Shown here one piece after another: positions 17,953 through 27,218 of a stretch of DNA of 64,000 nt (positions are counted from its first letter, which is position 1; each line of letters begins with the position of its first letter). The notes under the pieces are model-generated. The model searched no databases. It had not been told where the DNA came from and saw only the letters and a program-made list of their open reading frames with translations. Both the position numbers and the translations under genes were made by a program. Source of the DNA: a virus (lineage: Duplodnaviria > Caudoviricetes). The stretch covers positions 1 through 64,000 of IMG/VR virus record IMGVR_UViG_3300005673_000057. One strand, given 5' to 3'.

Positions 17953-18465
17953 GTGAGCCTGACACAAGAGAGACTGATGCAATTGCTGGACTACAACAAG
18001 GAGACGGGTGAATTCCGCCGCAAGGTGCAGGCGGGGGCATATGACCGTTTTCCGGTTGGGGGCCTTGCTGGTTGGCTTAATAAAGAAGGATATCGGTATA
18101 TCCGAATTGATGGACGGGTATACCGCGCATCTCGTTTGGCCTATCTCTATGTAACTGGCTTATGGCCAGTCGAGCAGATTGATCACAAGAATTGTGATAC
18201 ATCAGATGATCGTTGGGATAATCTTCGCCCGGCGTCTCAGTCCCAGAACAAACGAAATAACCGCCTGCGCAAAGATAGCAGCACTGGCTACAAGTGCGTG
18301 GTGTACGACAAGGCTCGTGACAAGTATCGCTGGCAGGTAGTCGTGGACGGGAAGCGCCGCAAGTCTGGCAAGCGATTTGACACCGCCGCTGAAGCCTTTG
18401 CTGACTATCAAGCCCGGCTCCCCGAATTCCATGGTGAATTCGCTAACGATGGAGGCCCTGTCTAA
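17953..18465 (+). CDS. HNH-AP2 homing endonuclease
   Basis: RASRLAY, IDHKNCDTSDDRWDNLRPAS, KYRWQV...FHGEFA. Confidence 0.9.
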   Translation: MSLTQERLMQLLDYNKETGEFRRKVQAGAYDRFPVGGLAGWLNKEGYRYIRIDGRVYRASRLAYLYVTGLWPVEQIDHKNCDTSDDRWDNLRPASQSQNKRNNRLRKDSSTGYKCVVYDKARDKYRWQVVVDGKRRKSGKRFDTAAEAFADYQARLPEFHGEFANDGGPV

Positions 18466-19466
18466 TGGGTATCACTGCTCTTTCTGGGCCATTCCTCCAG
18501 TATGGAATCACGACCACTGGTTCCACTGATGGTCTGACCGGCCGAGATGTGGAATATAACGATCAGCGTGCTCCCATGCTTGCCGATCTTGGCAATGCCA
18601 TGTTGGACCCGCGCACCTTTTACACTTATGCGCCTGGCGGCGCGGTAACCAACAAGGTCTACGGCTTCTACGGCGGCGTTGGCTACGTTGATTATCTGCC
18701 GCTTGCAGCGTCTTCGATTTCTATCGTCAATGACACTGGTAGCTCTGGAGATAGTGAGTTTACGCTTGTCACTGCCTCTTCGGCTCTTGGCACGTATTCC
18801 ACGACTTTGATCGCTCCCGAGAGCGGGGTGACGCTCACCAGTGTCCTGACTTTGGATAGCTCTGACGACTCGTACATGGTCAACGCCTTCGGGCAGACTG
18901 CTACGGTCAATACTTGGGCCCCTGGTGGTGGTGCTGGTCGCTGCATTGCGGTATATACTGCTAGCTATAGTGATAGCCCTGTCACGGTAGAAGGCCGGGA
19001 TATCTATGGCTATAAGATCAGCGAAAAGATCGACATTAGTTCGAATGGTTCTGTAACCTCGTCATTCGGTGGCATTGGTCAGAAAGCATTCAAGTACATT
19101 CTCGGGGTCTATAATAGCTCTGCCCCGACTAGCACTGGCATTAAGGTCGGCACGACTAATCGGTTTGGCTTCCCGATGTATGTCCCATATTATGGGATGA
19201 ATATCAGCGTCCAAGTCGCTTCGGTCGCCACGATCAGCAATGCGCTAGTACCGCTGACTTCGGCCAACGCCATTCTTGGCTTGGCTTCGACGGCTACGGC
19301 TAACTCTACCAATGCGGACGTGCGCGGCATTTATATTTCATCTGTCACGGCAGATGGTATATATCGCCTTCAAATGCGCGTCACTCCTGCGGCTTCGGCT
19401 GTTGTTACGATCTCTGCAACCAATGTGGCTCCGCTCTTTGGTGCTACGCAGTACAGCAGCTTCTGA
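18465..19466 (+). CDS. Ser/Thr-rich virion structural protein
   Basis: in structural operon, beta-strand-like S/T/G/A-rich sequence. Confidence 0.65.
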   Translation: MGITALSGPFLQYGITTTGSTDGLTGRDVEYNDQRAPMLADLGNAMLDPRTFYTYAPGGAVTNKVYGFYGGVGYVDYLPLAASSISIVNDTGSSGDSEFTLVTASSALGTYSTTLIAPESGVTLTSVLTLDSSDDSYMVNAFGQTATVNTWAPGGGAGRCIAVYTASYSDSPVTVEGRDIYGYKISEKIDISSNGSVTSSFGGIGQKAFKYILGVYNSSAPTSTGIKVGTTNRFGFPMYVPYYGMNISVQVASVATISNALVPLTSANAILGLASTATANSTNADVRGIYISSVTADGIYRLQMRVTPAASAVVTISATNVAPLFGATQYSSF

Positions 19467-19476
19467 GGAATAGACT

Positions 19477-19659
19477 ATGGCTCATAAGGGCATCAAATCC
19501 ACTCCGTTGGCTTCTGGTAGCAAGAAGGTTGCTGCTGAGGCTAGGTCCACGAAGGGCGGGGGCACGGGGGCTGATCGGTCGCCTTATTCGTCTGCTGGTG
19601 GCGGTAAGGCGACCGCCAACCCCTATTCGAGCGCTGGCCGGGGCACTCGCGGCCGATAA
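19477..19659 (+). CDS. small basic protein
   Basis: GAGGA SD; PYSSAG repeated twice. Confidence 0.6.
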   Translation: MAHKGIKSTPLASGSKKVAAEARSTKGGGTGADRSPYSSAGGGKATANPYSSAGRGTRGR

Positions 19660-19675
19660 TTTATTGGGGCCGTAA

Positions 19676-20314
19676 ATGCAGCCTATCGTTGTTACGAAGA
19701 ATCTTAGTGCGGCATCTTCGGCTGGTATCGGCACATTCTCGTCAGCGGAAACCTCAGTAACGGTGAATTCCTCTTCGCTTGGGACTGCTAGGCGCATTGT
19801 TGTCTGGGGTTCTACAAGTGTAGCTACGACTTTCACCATTGTTGGCACGAATGGTGTTGGTCTTCCCATCTCGGAGGTTATAACTGGCTCTTCCGTTGGT
19901 GCGGCCGTAGCAACCACTCAGGACTTTCTTACAGTGACTTCTGTCACTCTTGGTGCGGTTGTGGCCAGTACGGCTGGTTACGTTGGGACCAACACTCAGG
20001 GCGGCACCCAATGGCAGATTATAGATACATGGCGCAACCCAATTAATGTTGGGTTCAATGTTACCCCAACCAGCACCTCTGTTGTGGCAAGCTTGGAATA
20101 TACGATGGACTACCCATCGTATAGTACGGCATCTAAGTGGGCTGGCCAGAATCCAAATTCAGGGCCAGTAGCCGTGGTCTCTACTGCCTGCTCATCGGTT
20201 ACTTCTGCTACCAACGGCAGCATTTCTTTCCCTTTTGCTGCTTGGAGGGTTACCCTTACGAGCACGTCGTCGGGGGCTGGGTCGGTTAATGCCACAATTG
20301 TCCAAAGTGGGTGA
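19676..20314 (+). CDS. Ser/Thr-rich virion structural protein
   Basis: very high S/T content, in structural operon. Confidence 0.65.
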   Translation: MQPIVVTKNLSAASSAGIGTFSSAETSVTVNSSSLGTARRIVVWGSTSVATTFTIVGTNGVGLPISEVITGSSVGAAVATTQDFLTVTSVTLGAVVASTAGYVGTNTQGGTQWQIIDTWRNPINVGFNVTPTSTSVVASLEYTMDYPSYSTASKWAGQNPNSGPVAVVSTACSSVTSATNGSISFPFAAWRVTLTSTSSGAGSVNATIVQSG

Positions 20315-20380
20315 TTCCTACTAGATAGAGGGCAATAGAGGTGGTATAGGCCCATTAGGCACAATCCCTAGAGGGTACTA

Positions 20381-21238
20381 ATGGGCAAGCTCACCCCCAC
20401 ATTCAAAGACCAACAGGCCGCCGCCAATGGCGGCATTCACGTTATCCCTCCCCATGAGCCGCTCCCCGGCGAAGTGTGGGTCTCCTCTCCTGGAGAGGTC
20501 CTAGGCAAGAAACCAGAGGTGGAGGTGGTGGCAGAGCCAGCCCCACTTAAGGTTGCTTTAATTGGCACCGCGCCCTCCAGCCGCATGCTGGCTCCATTTA
20601 ATGATCCTTCATGGCAAATCTGGGCGTGCTCGCCGGGTAATCAGGGCCAGCTACCGCGTGTGGATATCTGGTTTGAGCTTCACGGCAATCTGCTCTGGCC
20701 AGAGAATATCTCCTACGGGGCTCCCTATCTGGAGTGGCTCAAGACCCTGACTATCCCTGTGATGATGCAGGACAATAAGCTGGTGCCGAATGCTACGCCA
20801 TTCCCGATGAGGGAGATGGTGGATAAGTTCGGGCCCGACTTCTTCACCTCCAGCTTTGCGTGGATGATGGCCCTAGCCATTGACCGTGGGGCCAAAGAGA
20901 TTGCCCTATTTGGCATAGATATGGCGTCGCGTGAGGAATATATTCTTCAGAGGCCGGGCTTCTATTATTTCAAGTATCGGGCTGAGCAACTCGGGATTAA
21001 GGTGTGGGCCCCGAATGAATCTGATATTATGCAGTCGCCGGGGCTGTATGGATTCTCGGAGGTTACGCCGTTTGGCCGCAAGGTCTTGACGCGGAAGAAG
21101 GAGCTTCAGGATCGCGTCAATGCTGCCAAGCAGCAAATTGCTCAGTTGCAACATACAGTTACATATTTAGATGGTGCCCTCGAAGATATCGACTACGTGA
21201 GTCAAATCTGGGGTGGAGTGCAGAGACATGAAACCTAA
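20381..21238 (+). CDS. CstII (GT42)/Maf-DUF115-like glycosyltransferase-fold protein
   Basis: KVALIGTAPSS and FTSSFAWMMALAIDRGAKEIALFGIDM parallel CstII KVIIAGNGPS and ITSGVYMCAVAIALGYKEIYLSGIDF (recalled from memory, not searched). Confidence 0.6.
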   Translation: MGKLTPTFKDQQAAANGGIHVIPPHEPLPGEVWVSSPGEVLGKKPEVEVVAEPAPLKVALIGTAPSSRMLAPFNDPSWQIWACSPGNQGQLPRVDIWFELHGNLLWPENISYGAPYLEWLKTLTIPVMMQDNKLVPNATPFPMREMVDKFGPDFFTSSFAWMMALAIDRGAKEIALFGIDMASREEYILQRPGFYYFKYRAEQLGIKVWAPNESDIMQSPGLYGFSEVTPFGRKVLTRKKELQDRVNAAKQQIAQLQHTVTYLDGALEDIDYVSQIWGGVQRHET

Positions 21239-21366
21239 AAATGATATGCCGACATGGCTAGTGCGGGATACGTTCTGTATTGGCGATGACGCCAGAGAGC
21301 GCTTATGAGGAGGCGAGCAAGTTAGCCAAGGAGCTACACGGGGAATTCTACAACGCTGGGGGCTAA
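21228..21366 (+). pseudogene. degenerate AP2-domain remnant of an HNH-AP2 endonuclease
   Basis: 21286-21366 encodes MTPESAYEEASKLAKELHGEFYNAGG, matching the C-termini of the intact HNH-AP2 genes here. Confidence 0.55.
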
Positions 21367-21377
21367 GTCTAGGGGGA

Positions 21378-22961
21378 ATGTCACTAACCGTTACACATCC
21401 ATTTGTTAGTCTGATTGCAGATAGCGGCAATACGTCGCTGGTGCAGCCGTCTGACTGGAATGACGATCATACTGTAGTTGGCGATGCTACTGCCACGACT
21501 GGCTATGTGTTGGTCGGTCAGGGGGCTGGTAGTGCGCCGATCTGGTCCTCCAGCTTCCCCAGCATTATCACATTCCCAGATGGCGCAGTCGGCGCTCCCG
21601 GCATTGCATTTACCAATCAAACCACGACTGGCTTTTATCGTATTGGCTCTGGCAATGTTGGCCTTAGTCTTGCTGGCACTCTTTACTACAACTTCAATAC
21701 TACGTCATTTTCCCCTGGAGCGAACGATCAGTTTTCTCTTGGTGTAAGCGGGACCGCGTTCGCTGATCTTTTTCTCGCTACTGGCGCGGTCATAAATTTT
21801 GGCGCTGGTAATTATGTTTTAACGCATTCTGCCGGGAATCTAGTTGCTACTGGGGGACCATTTACTGCCCCATCATTTATTCCATCTAGCTCGACGGTCC
21901 CGACGAATGGGATGTATTTGCCAGCGGCAAATACCATTGGCTGGGCCATTAATAGCACTGCTGAATTGCAACTGACTGCAAGCGCCTTGGCTCCTTCAAC
22001 TACGGCTGGGCTAGATCTAGGAACAACATCCTTATTTTTTGGAACTGGGCACATAAATGCCATTTTAGCAGATGGTTCTGCTGGCAGAACTTGGCAGATA
22101 AATAGAGCCACAACTGGGGCTGGTCAGCAGCTTATTATCAGCGCTGGTGGGGCGCAATCTGGCGCTACTGACACAGCAGGCGGCGGATTACGACTTCGTG
22201 TCGGCGTTTCGACTGGCACGGCAAATACCGCTACCGCAGCCATTCAGCTTTACAAGCCGGGCGCGTCTGGTTCGTCCGACAACTCGATCTACAATGCGAT
22301 CCTGTGTGCCTATACCGCCATCAATATGTCGGCGAACGACAACGCGACGGCATGGCAGTTCAACGAGGCGGTCAACGGGAACGCAAGGTTTTATCTGAAT
22401 ATCATCCCGGTCGGCGCCGTCAATACGTCCGCAGGCTACTTCACCTTCTATGACAACTACGGTGACGGCTCGACCGGCTCTGCCAAGCAGGGCTATCAGC
22501 AGATCAATGGCATCGCCACCATCATCGGTGGCATGAAAAGGGTATCGTCGGATTTTGCCAAGACTTCTGATACCACATTGGCCAATATTACTGGGCTATC
22601 GATTAATGCTGCTGCCAGTAGGACCTATTTATTCGAGGCCATCCTTTATACAACCTCAAATGTGGCCGGTGGCGTCAAATTTGCTATTGCGGGCACAGCC
22701 ACTGCAACATCAATTGTTTATCAAGCCGTACTTTGGGATGGAGTTGGGACGGCAACGGCAGTTGGAACATCTAGGGCAGCAGCTTTGGCGACAACCGTTG
22801 GTGATGTTACGGCGGTAACTACCGCGTATGTGAGAATAACTGGGACAATTACAGTGAATGCTGCGGGTACGTTAACGGTACAGTTTGCTCAGAATGCAAG
22901 CAATGGTGCCGCCTCTACGGTTCTGCGTGGTTCAACCTTTAATGTTTGGGAAGTAGTATAA
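21378..22961 (+). CDS. tail fibre/tail spike protein
   Basis: SLVQPSDWNDDH N-terminus, DGAVGAPGIAF repeat-type motif, G/A/T/S-rich beta sequence. Confidence 0.7.
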   Translation: MSLTVTHPFVSLIADSGNTSLVQPSDWNDDHTVVGDATATTGYVLVGQGAGSAPIWSSSFPSIITFPDGAVGAPGIAFTNQTTTGFYRIGSGNVGLSLAGTLYYNFNTTSFSPGANDQFSLGVSGTAFADLFLATGAVINFGAGNYVLTHSAGNLVATGGPFTAPSFIPSSSTVPTNGMYLPAANTIGWAINSTAELQLTASALAPSTTAGLDLGTTSLFFGTGHINAILADGSAGRTWQINRATTGAGQQLIISAGGAQSGATDTAGGGLRLRVGVSTGTANTATAAIQLYKPGASGSSDNSIYNAILCAYTAINMSANDNATAWQFNEAVNGNARFYLNIIPVGAVNTSAGYFTFYDNYGDGSTGSAKQGYQQINGIATIIGGMKRVSSDFAKTSDTTLANITGLSINAAASRTYLFEAILYTTSNVAGGVKFAIAGTATATSIVYQAVLWDGVGTATAVGTSRAAALATTVGDVTAVTTAYVRITGTITVNAAGTLTVQFAQNASNGAASTVLRGSTFNVWEVV

Positions 22962-23933
22962 ATGACATTGCCAGCGCTTCTTACTCAAAATCCGGTCATA
23001 GGACCTTGGAATTACCTATCCATTGGATGTGGTCTGGAAAACTGGTATGGCACGGGAACAAGTCAGGGTGGTATTTCCCTATATGCAGGGACGCCCGGAA
23101 CAGTCCTATGGGTCGGACACGGGCAGGAGAATAATAACCCAGTTTATTTCATTACAACCGGAAGCCTGCTTTCTCCGCTTGTCCAGTATCAAACTTATTA
23201 TGTCCGAAATAAAACACTGGACACATTTGAACTAGCTCTCTCGCCGGGTGGTGCATCAATCGCACTTACTGGCATTGCGGTCGGCTGGCATACGGCCCAC
23301 TCCGATTGCACGCAGATCGTCTACACGCCGCCGAACTCGACAACGGACACGATCTACAAGGTGATCTCTACTGGCGGCGGGGCGGGAGGTCAGAAGGGCA
23401 AGGGCGGGGGTGGTGCTGGTGCAACGGTCATCGAGTGCCTGTCGGGCATTCCGGCCAATACGCGATTGGTATTCATTAACGGCTCGGCTGGTCGCGGGAC
23501 AGGCTTGGAAAGCTCGCCGGGCACGCCGTCCAGGGGCACGAATAGCACGCTGATCTATGGCGGTCCAGGACTGATCCCGAACGTCCCGACGAGGTTATGG
23601 GAAGCGACGGGCGGCAATCTCGCGATAGACGAGGCTGGCGGTCAGGGCGGGGACATTTCCGCTCTCGGCGGTCAGTACAATCTAGCTGACGGCACCGGGC
23701 CGTGCGTCAAGCAATCGTCGTGGGGAGTCAACGGCGGCAGCGGCACGAACTGGAGCACAAGCGGGACGCTCGGCGGCGCTTCTTATTGGGGTGGCGGGTT
23801 TAGCGGGGCTGATTTTCCGTCAGCAGCGGAGGGCGCAGGCGGCGGCTTTGATCCTTACGCGGCTTTGGGCGGCGTTGGATTTGAGGGCTATCATGGTAGA
23901 AACATAATTTGTGTTGTATATGGCCCCTTCTAA
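22962..23933 (+). CDS. glycine-rich tail fibre-associated protein
   Basis: GGGAGG...GGGGAGA and GGASYWGGG glycine-rich motifs. Confidence 0.6.
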   Translation: MTLPALLTQNPVIGPWNYLSIGCGLENWYGTGTSQGGISLYAGTPGTVLWVGHGQENNNPVYFITTGSLLSPLVQYQTYYVRNKTLDTFELALSPGGASIALTGIAVGWHTAHSDCTQIVYTPPNSTTDTIYKVISTGGGAGGQKGKGGGGAGATVIECLSGIPANTRLVFINGSAGRGTGLESSPGTPSRGTNSTLIYGGPGLIPNVPTRLWEATGGNLAIDEAGGQGGDISALGGQYNLADGTGPCVKQSSWGVNGGSGTNWSTSGTLGGASYWGGGFSGADFPSAAEGAGGGFDPYAALGGVGFEGYHGRNIICVVYGPF

Positions 23934-23953
23934 AGGAAAGGATAGCGTTTCAT

Positions 23954-24283
23954 ATGAAGCCAAAAATAGACTTCAACGCTAAATTCAAGGACTTAGACGG
24001 TAACGAAGTGAAGGACCGTCAGATGGGTCTTGACGGTAAGTTCACAGAGAGTGTGGCGACATTGGGGCGGGTGGCTGCCAATGCTCTTTTGGCTATGACC
24101 GATGAAGACAAAAGCATGACCGGGGAAACCAAGGTCAAGCGCTATGATCTGGCGATGCGTGTTGTCAAGGGAGAGACTTCCCTGAAGGCAGAGGAGATTG
24201 CGGATATTAAGGCTGCCATTGGCAAGCACTATACGCCGCTGATTGTAGGGCAGGCTTGGAAGATGCTTGATCCGGGCGAATAA
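23954..24283 (+). CDS. hypothetical protein (possible fibre chaperone)
   Basis: AAGGA SD; MKPKIDFNAKF...YTPLIVGQAW. Confidence 0.65.
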   Translation: MKPKIDFNAKFKDLDGNEVKDRQMGLDGKFTESVATLGRVAANALLAMTDEDKSMTGETKVKRYDLAMRVVKGETSLKAEEIADIKAAIGKHYTPLIVGQAWKMLDPGE

Positions 24284-24507
24284 TGGCAAACCGAGGAGCC
24301 AGAGTCTCTATTATAGAACTGGCTCCCGTTTACTCGGCACTATCCGGTATAGAAACGGCATTTCCTGGTTTTAATGGGGCATTTCAGGTAGATGCATTTA
24401 ACAGAAATGCATTCTGGACTGGTTCTGCCGCAGATTCCGGTCAGGCTACTGTATCTATTATTGAAATAAGGCCAGTATTTGCTAATATCAGCGGCATCGA
24501 GAGCTAA
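24283..24507 (+). CDS. hypothetical virion protein
   Basis: coupled ORF; GAFQVDAFN motif; internal repeat VSIIELAPV/VSIIEIRPV. Confidence 0.55.
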   Translation: MANRGARVSIIELAPVYSALSGIETAFPGFNGAFQVDAFNRNAFWTGSAADSGQATVSIIEIRPVFANISGIES

Positions 24508-24522
24508 TGGGGGTGCCGGGGG

Positions 24523-24807
24523 ATGCCGATTAATGTCCTCGAAGGGAATTCGGTAAAATTCGTGGTGGAGTTTATCTCCAGCGCCACCGGAAACCTTGTC
24601 TCCCCCACATCGGCCTCCATAACGATAGATTATTACGTGTCCGGCGTGGCGACTTCCACGACAATTACCCTAACCCAAGAAAACAGCTTCTGGACAGCCA
24701 CATGGAGTAGCGCTGGTGCCGATCTTGGTCTTGTGACGTGGAGCACGGCTTCGTCTGAGACCACTAATCCGGCAGCCACTGGCGATCTCCGTATCATCGA
24801 CCCATAG
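24523..24807 (+). CDS. Ig-like/beta-sandwich virion protein
   Basis: 94 aa, alternating beta-strand pattern, S/T-rich. Confidence 0.55.
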   Translation: MPINVLEGNSVKFVVEFISSATGNLVSPTSASITIDYYVSGVATSTTITLTQENSFWTATWSSAGADLGLVTWSTASSETTNPAATGDLRIIDP

Positions 24808-24816
24808 GGGGCTTAA

Positions 24817-25512
24817 GTGGTTGTAAATACTTCTAAATCATACGAATTTAACCCATCTTTGGGCGAGATGACGCTTGAGGCTTTTTCTCGTATCGGCATT
24901 CGTCCGTCAGAAGTGACCACGCAGCATATGTACCACGCCCGTCAGTCGGCTAACCTTGTGCTGTCTGAGTGGTCCGTACTCCAGCCAAACCTCTGGGAGG
25001 TTGGTCTTCAGTCTGCGCCCCTTATTGAGGGCAGTGCGACATATAGCGTTCCAGCCGAAACTGTGATGATTCTTGATGCTTATATTTCAACTGGCCTGAC
25101 GGGCGACCAGCAGGATCGCTATATCATACCGATTTCACGCACGGAGTATGCTTCCTATCCGAATAAGGAGCAGCAGGGCTTCCCGACTGTTTATTGGTTC
25201 GACCGCTTGATTTCCCCGACGTTTACTCTGTGGCCAGTGCCAGATGGCAATGGGCCGTATGTCCTGAATTACTATAGTGTGCGACAAACTCAAGATGCCG
25301 TCCTTGCCGGTGGCAAGACCATAGAGATTCCATATCGTTTTCTTGATGCATTTGCGGCGGCGCTGGCATGGCGTCTATCCGAAAAATATGCTCCTCAACT
25401 TGAGCAAGCCATGATGGCCAAGATGGAACGTAGTTGGCGTATTGCGTCTACCAATGACACAGAAAATGTGAATCTCTATATCGGCCCGATGCTTGGCGGA
25501 TACTATAGATGA
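24817..25512 (+). CDS. head-tail adaptor/tail tubular protein A-like
   Basis: NLVLSEW...NLW, ISRTEYASYPNK, PTVYWFDR, LWPVPD pattern typical of podoviral adaptors. Confidence 0.55.
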   Translation: MVVNTSKSYEFNPSLGEMTLEAFSRIGIRPSEVTTQHMYHARQSANLVLSEWSVLQPNLWEVGLQSAPLIEGSATYSVPAETVMILDAYISTGLTGDQQDRYIIPISRTEYASYPNKEQQGFPTVYWFDRLISPTFTLWPVPDGNGPYVLNYYSVRQTQDAVLAGGKTIEIPYRFLDAFAAALAWRLSEKYAPQLEQAMMAKMERSWRIASTNDTENVNLYIGPMLGGYYR

Positions 25513-26297
25513 GCTTCCGCCCGCAAGGCCGCTTTACAGTTGACCCTACCAGCCCAAGGGCGCGCGGGGCATGCGACCGTTGCGGAGCACACTATCAGCT
25601 AGATCAGCTAAAGTGGCAGTTTCAGTACGCTGGCGCGCGACTTCAAAATTTGCGCATTCTCGTGTGCCGGTCCTGCATGGATGTGCCACAGGCGCAGTTG
25701 AAGGCCATCATCCTTCCGGCCGATCCGTTGCCGGTAATGAACCCGCGCCCAGAAAACTATGTGCAAGATAACAATCCAATTTCTGGAATTGGGCAGAATG
25801 CCAATCCAGCGCTTGCTGGCACTAATATTGGTACACTGACATGGGGTGGCGGGACTTATTCTGCCTTTGACGGCAACACCAACAAGCCATTCCAGTTTTG
25901 TGCGTATATTGGTGTCTCTGGGAGCAGCTATGGGAATTGGGTTGGGAAAAATTGGGCGGCCGATCCTTCAGGGGTTAGCACTCCTTCGGACCTGACGGAA
26001 TCCACTCTCTCGTACACAGCCAATGGCTTCACTGTAACTGCGCCGAATGACACCACATTTTTGGTTGGGTCCACGGCCGCAGTAACTTATCGCTTCCAAG
26101 GATCGTCTGACGCCAGCACATGGACGACGCTATACACCAGTGCTACGTCTGGTGCTGTTGGTCAGGAGATCACGGTCGATAGTCTTTCTGGTACAAACTA
26201 CCAGTACCACCGCATCGACTTTGTTGGCGATGGCTCTAGGGCGATTGCCGTAGCGCAATTGGAGATCAATGTAAGCGATGGAGGGGCCAATGCTTGA
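25509..26297 (+). CDS. virion protein with N-terminal CxxC...CxxC and C-terminal discoidin-like domain
   Basis: CDRCG...VCRSCMD; SAFDGN...FQGSSDASTWT...YQYHRI. Confidence 0.55.
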   Translation: MSFRPQGRFTVDPTSPRARGACDRCGAHYQLDQLKWQFQYAGARLQNLRILVCRSCMDVPQAQLKAIILPADPLPVMNPRPENYVQDNNPISGIGQNANPALAGTNIGTLTWGGGTYSAFDGNTNKPFQFCAYIGVSGSSYGNWVGKNWAADPSGVSTPSDLTESTLSYTANGFTVTAPNDTTFLVGSTAAVTYRFQGSSDASTWTTLYTSATSGAVGQEITVDSLSGTNYQYHRIDFVGDGSRAIAVAQLEINVSDGGANA

Positions 26298-26496
26298 AGA
26301 TTGGTCTCTTTGGCTTTTTTGGTTTCTTGGGGCGTTTGGCTCATTTTTGGCTATTGAGCTTACCCGGTTTTTTACTGGCGGGACTACTCTTACTGGAGTA
26401 GTTAGATCAATCTCACAGCGCTATCCGTGGACGATAGGTGGCATCTTGGCGGCCACTATTGTTTTGTTTGGGCATTTCTTTTTAGGGTGGCTGTAA
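26290..26496 (+). CDS. small membrane protein
   Basis: two hydrophobic segments; GGAGG SD. Confidence 0.55.
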   Translation: MLEDWSLWLFWFLGAFGSFLAIELTRFFTGGTTLTGVVRSISQRYPWTIGGILAATIVLFGHFFLGWL

Positions 26497-26497
26497 A

Positions 26498-27214
26498 ATG
26501 TCTCTTACATATACCACGTATGTGGATCAGATCGCCAACCTGCTCGTGATTGGCTCTACTGACTCCAATTTCCTGACGATGCTGCCGGGCATGATTGACT
26601 ATGCCGAGGGCAGGATTTATCGCGAGCTAGACCTTCTGGCAACGTCCGTCACCTTTTCATCGCAAGCGCTAACGGCAAATAGCAGGACGTTAGCGCTATC
26701 GACGGCATATGGAAATCTTGTGCCGGACAATATCAATGTTATCACGCCTGCTACTGCCACCTCCATCAGCGGCACTCGCGTGCCTTTAGTGGCGACTACG
26801 CCAGATGTGATTGACGCCATTTGGGGTAAGAACAATTCCAATACTGGGACGCCGCAATTCTGGGCCTTTCAAGACAATGACACGATCATTGTGGGGCCAT
26901 CTCCGGATGCTGCGTATCCGGTGGAGGTGCGTGCTATTCAGCAAAATCCAACGCCATTATCGTCTACCAACACAACGACGATTTTGACGGAGATGCTGCC
27001 AGACTTGTTTATTGCGGCATCCATGGTTTTCGGGTCGGCATATCAGCGTGACTTCTCTGCGCAGGGGGATAATCCGGCACAGGGCATGTCATGGGAGAAG
27101 ACTTATCAGGACTTGAAACAATCTGCTGAGTTCATGGAACTTCGGAAAAAGTACCAAGGTCAGGGTTGGACCGCAGACCAACCTAGCAATGTAACGTCGC
27201 CGCCGAGGGTCTAG
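26498..27214 (+). CDS. tail/neck structural protein
   Basis: YAEGRIYRELD, GTPQFWA, IVGPSPDAAY, LFIAASM pattern seen in podoviral neck proteins. Confidence 0.55.
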   Translation: MSLTYTTYVDQIANLLVIGSTDSNFLTMLPGMIDYAEGRIYRELDLLATSVTFSSQALTANSRTLALSTAYGNLVPDNINVITPATATSISGTRVPLVATTPDVIDAIWGKNNSNTGTPQFWAFQDNDTIIVGPSPDAAYPVEVRAIQQNPTPLSSTNTTTILTEMLPDLFIAASMVFGSAYQRDFSAQGDNPAQGMSWEKTYQDLKQSAEFMELRKKYQGQGWTADQPSNVTSPPRV

Positions 27215-27218
27215 CATC

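Noticed and set aside
17135-18040. 301-aa antisense ORF over the capsid gene
   Set aside because: Shadow of a highly codon-biased gene; no RBS or motifs
21378-23933. Possible diversity-generating retroelement acting on tail fibres
   Set aside because: No reverse transcriptase and no TR/VR repeat pair seen in the window
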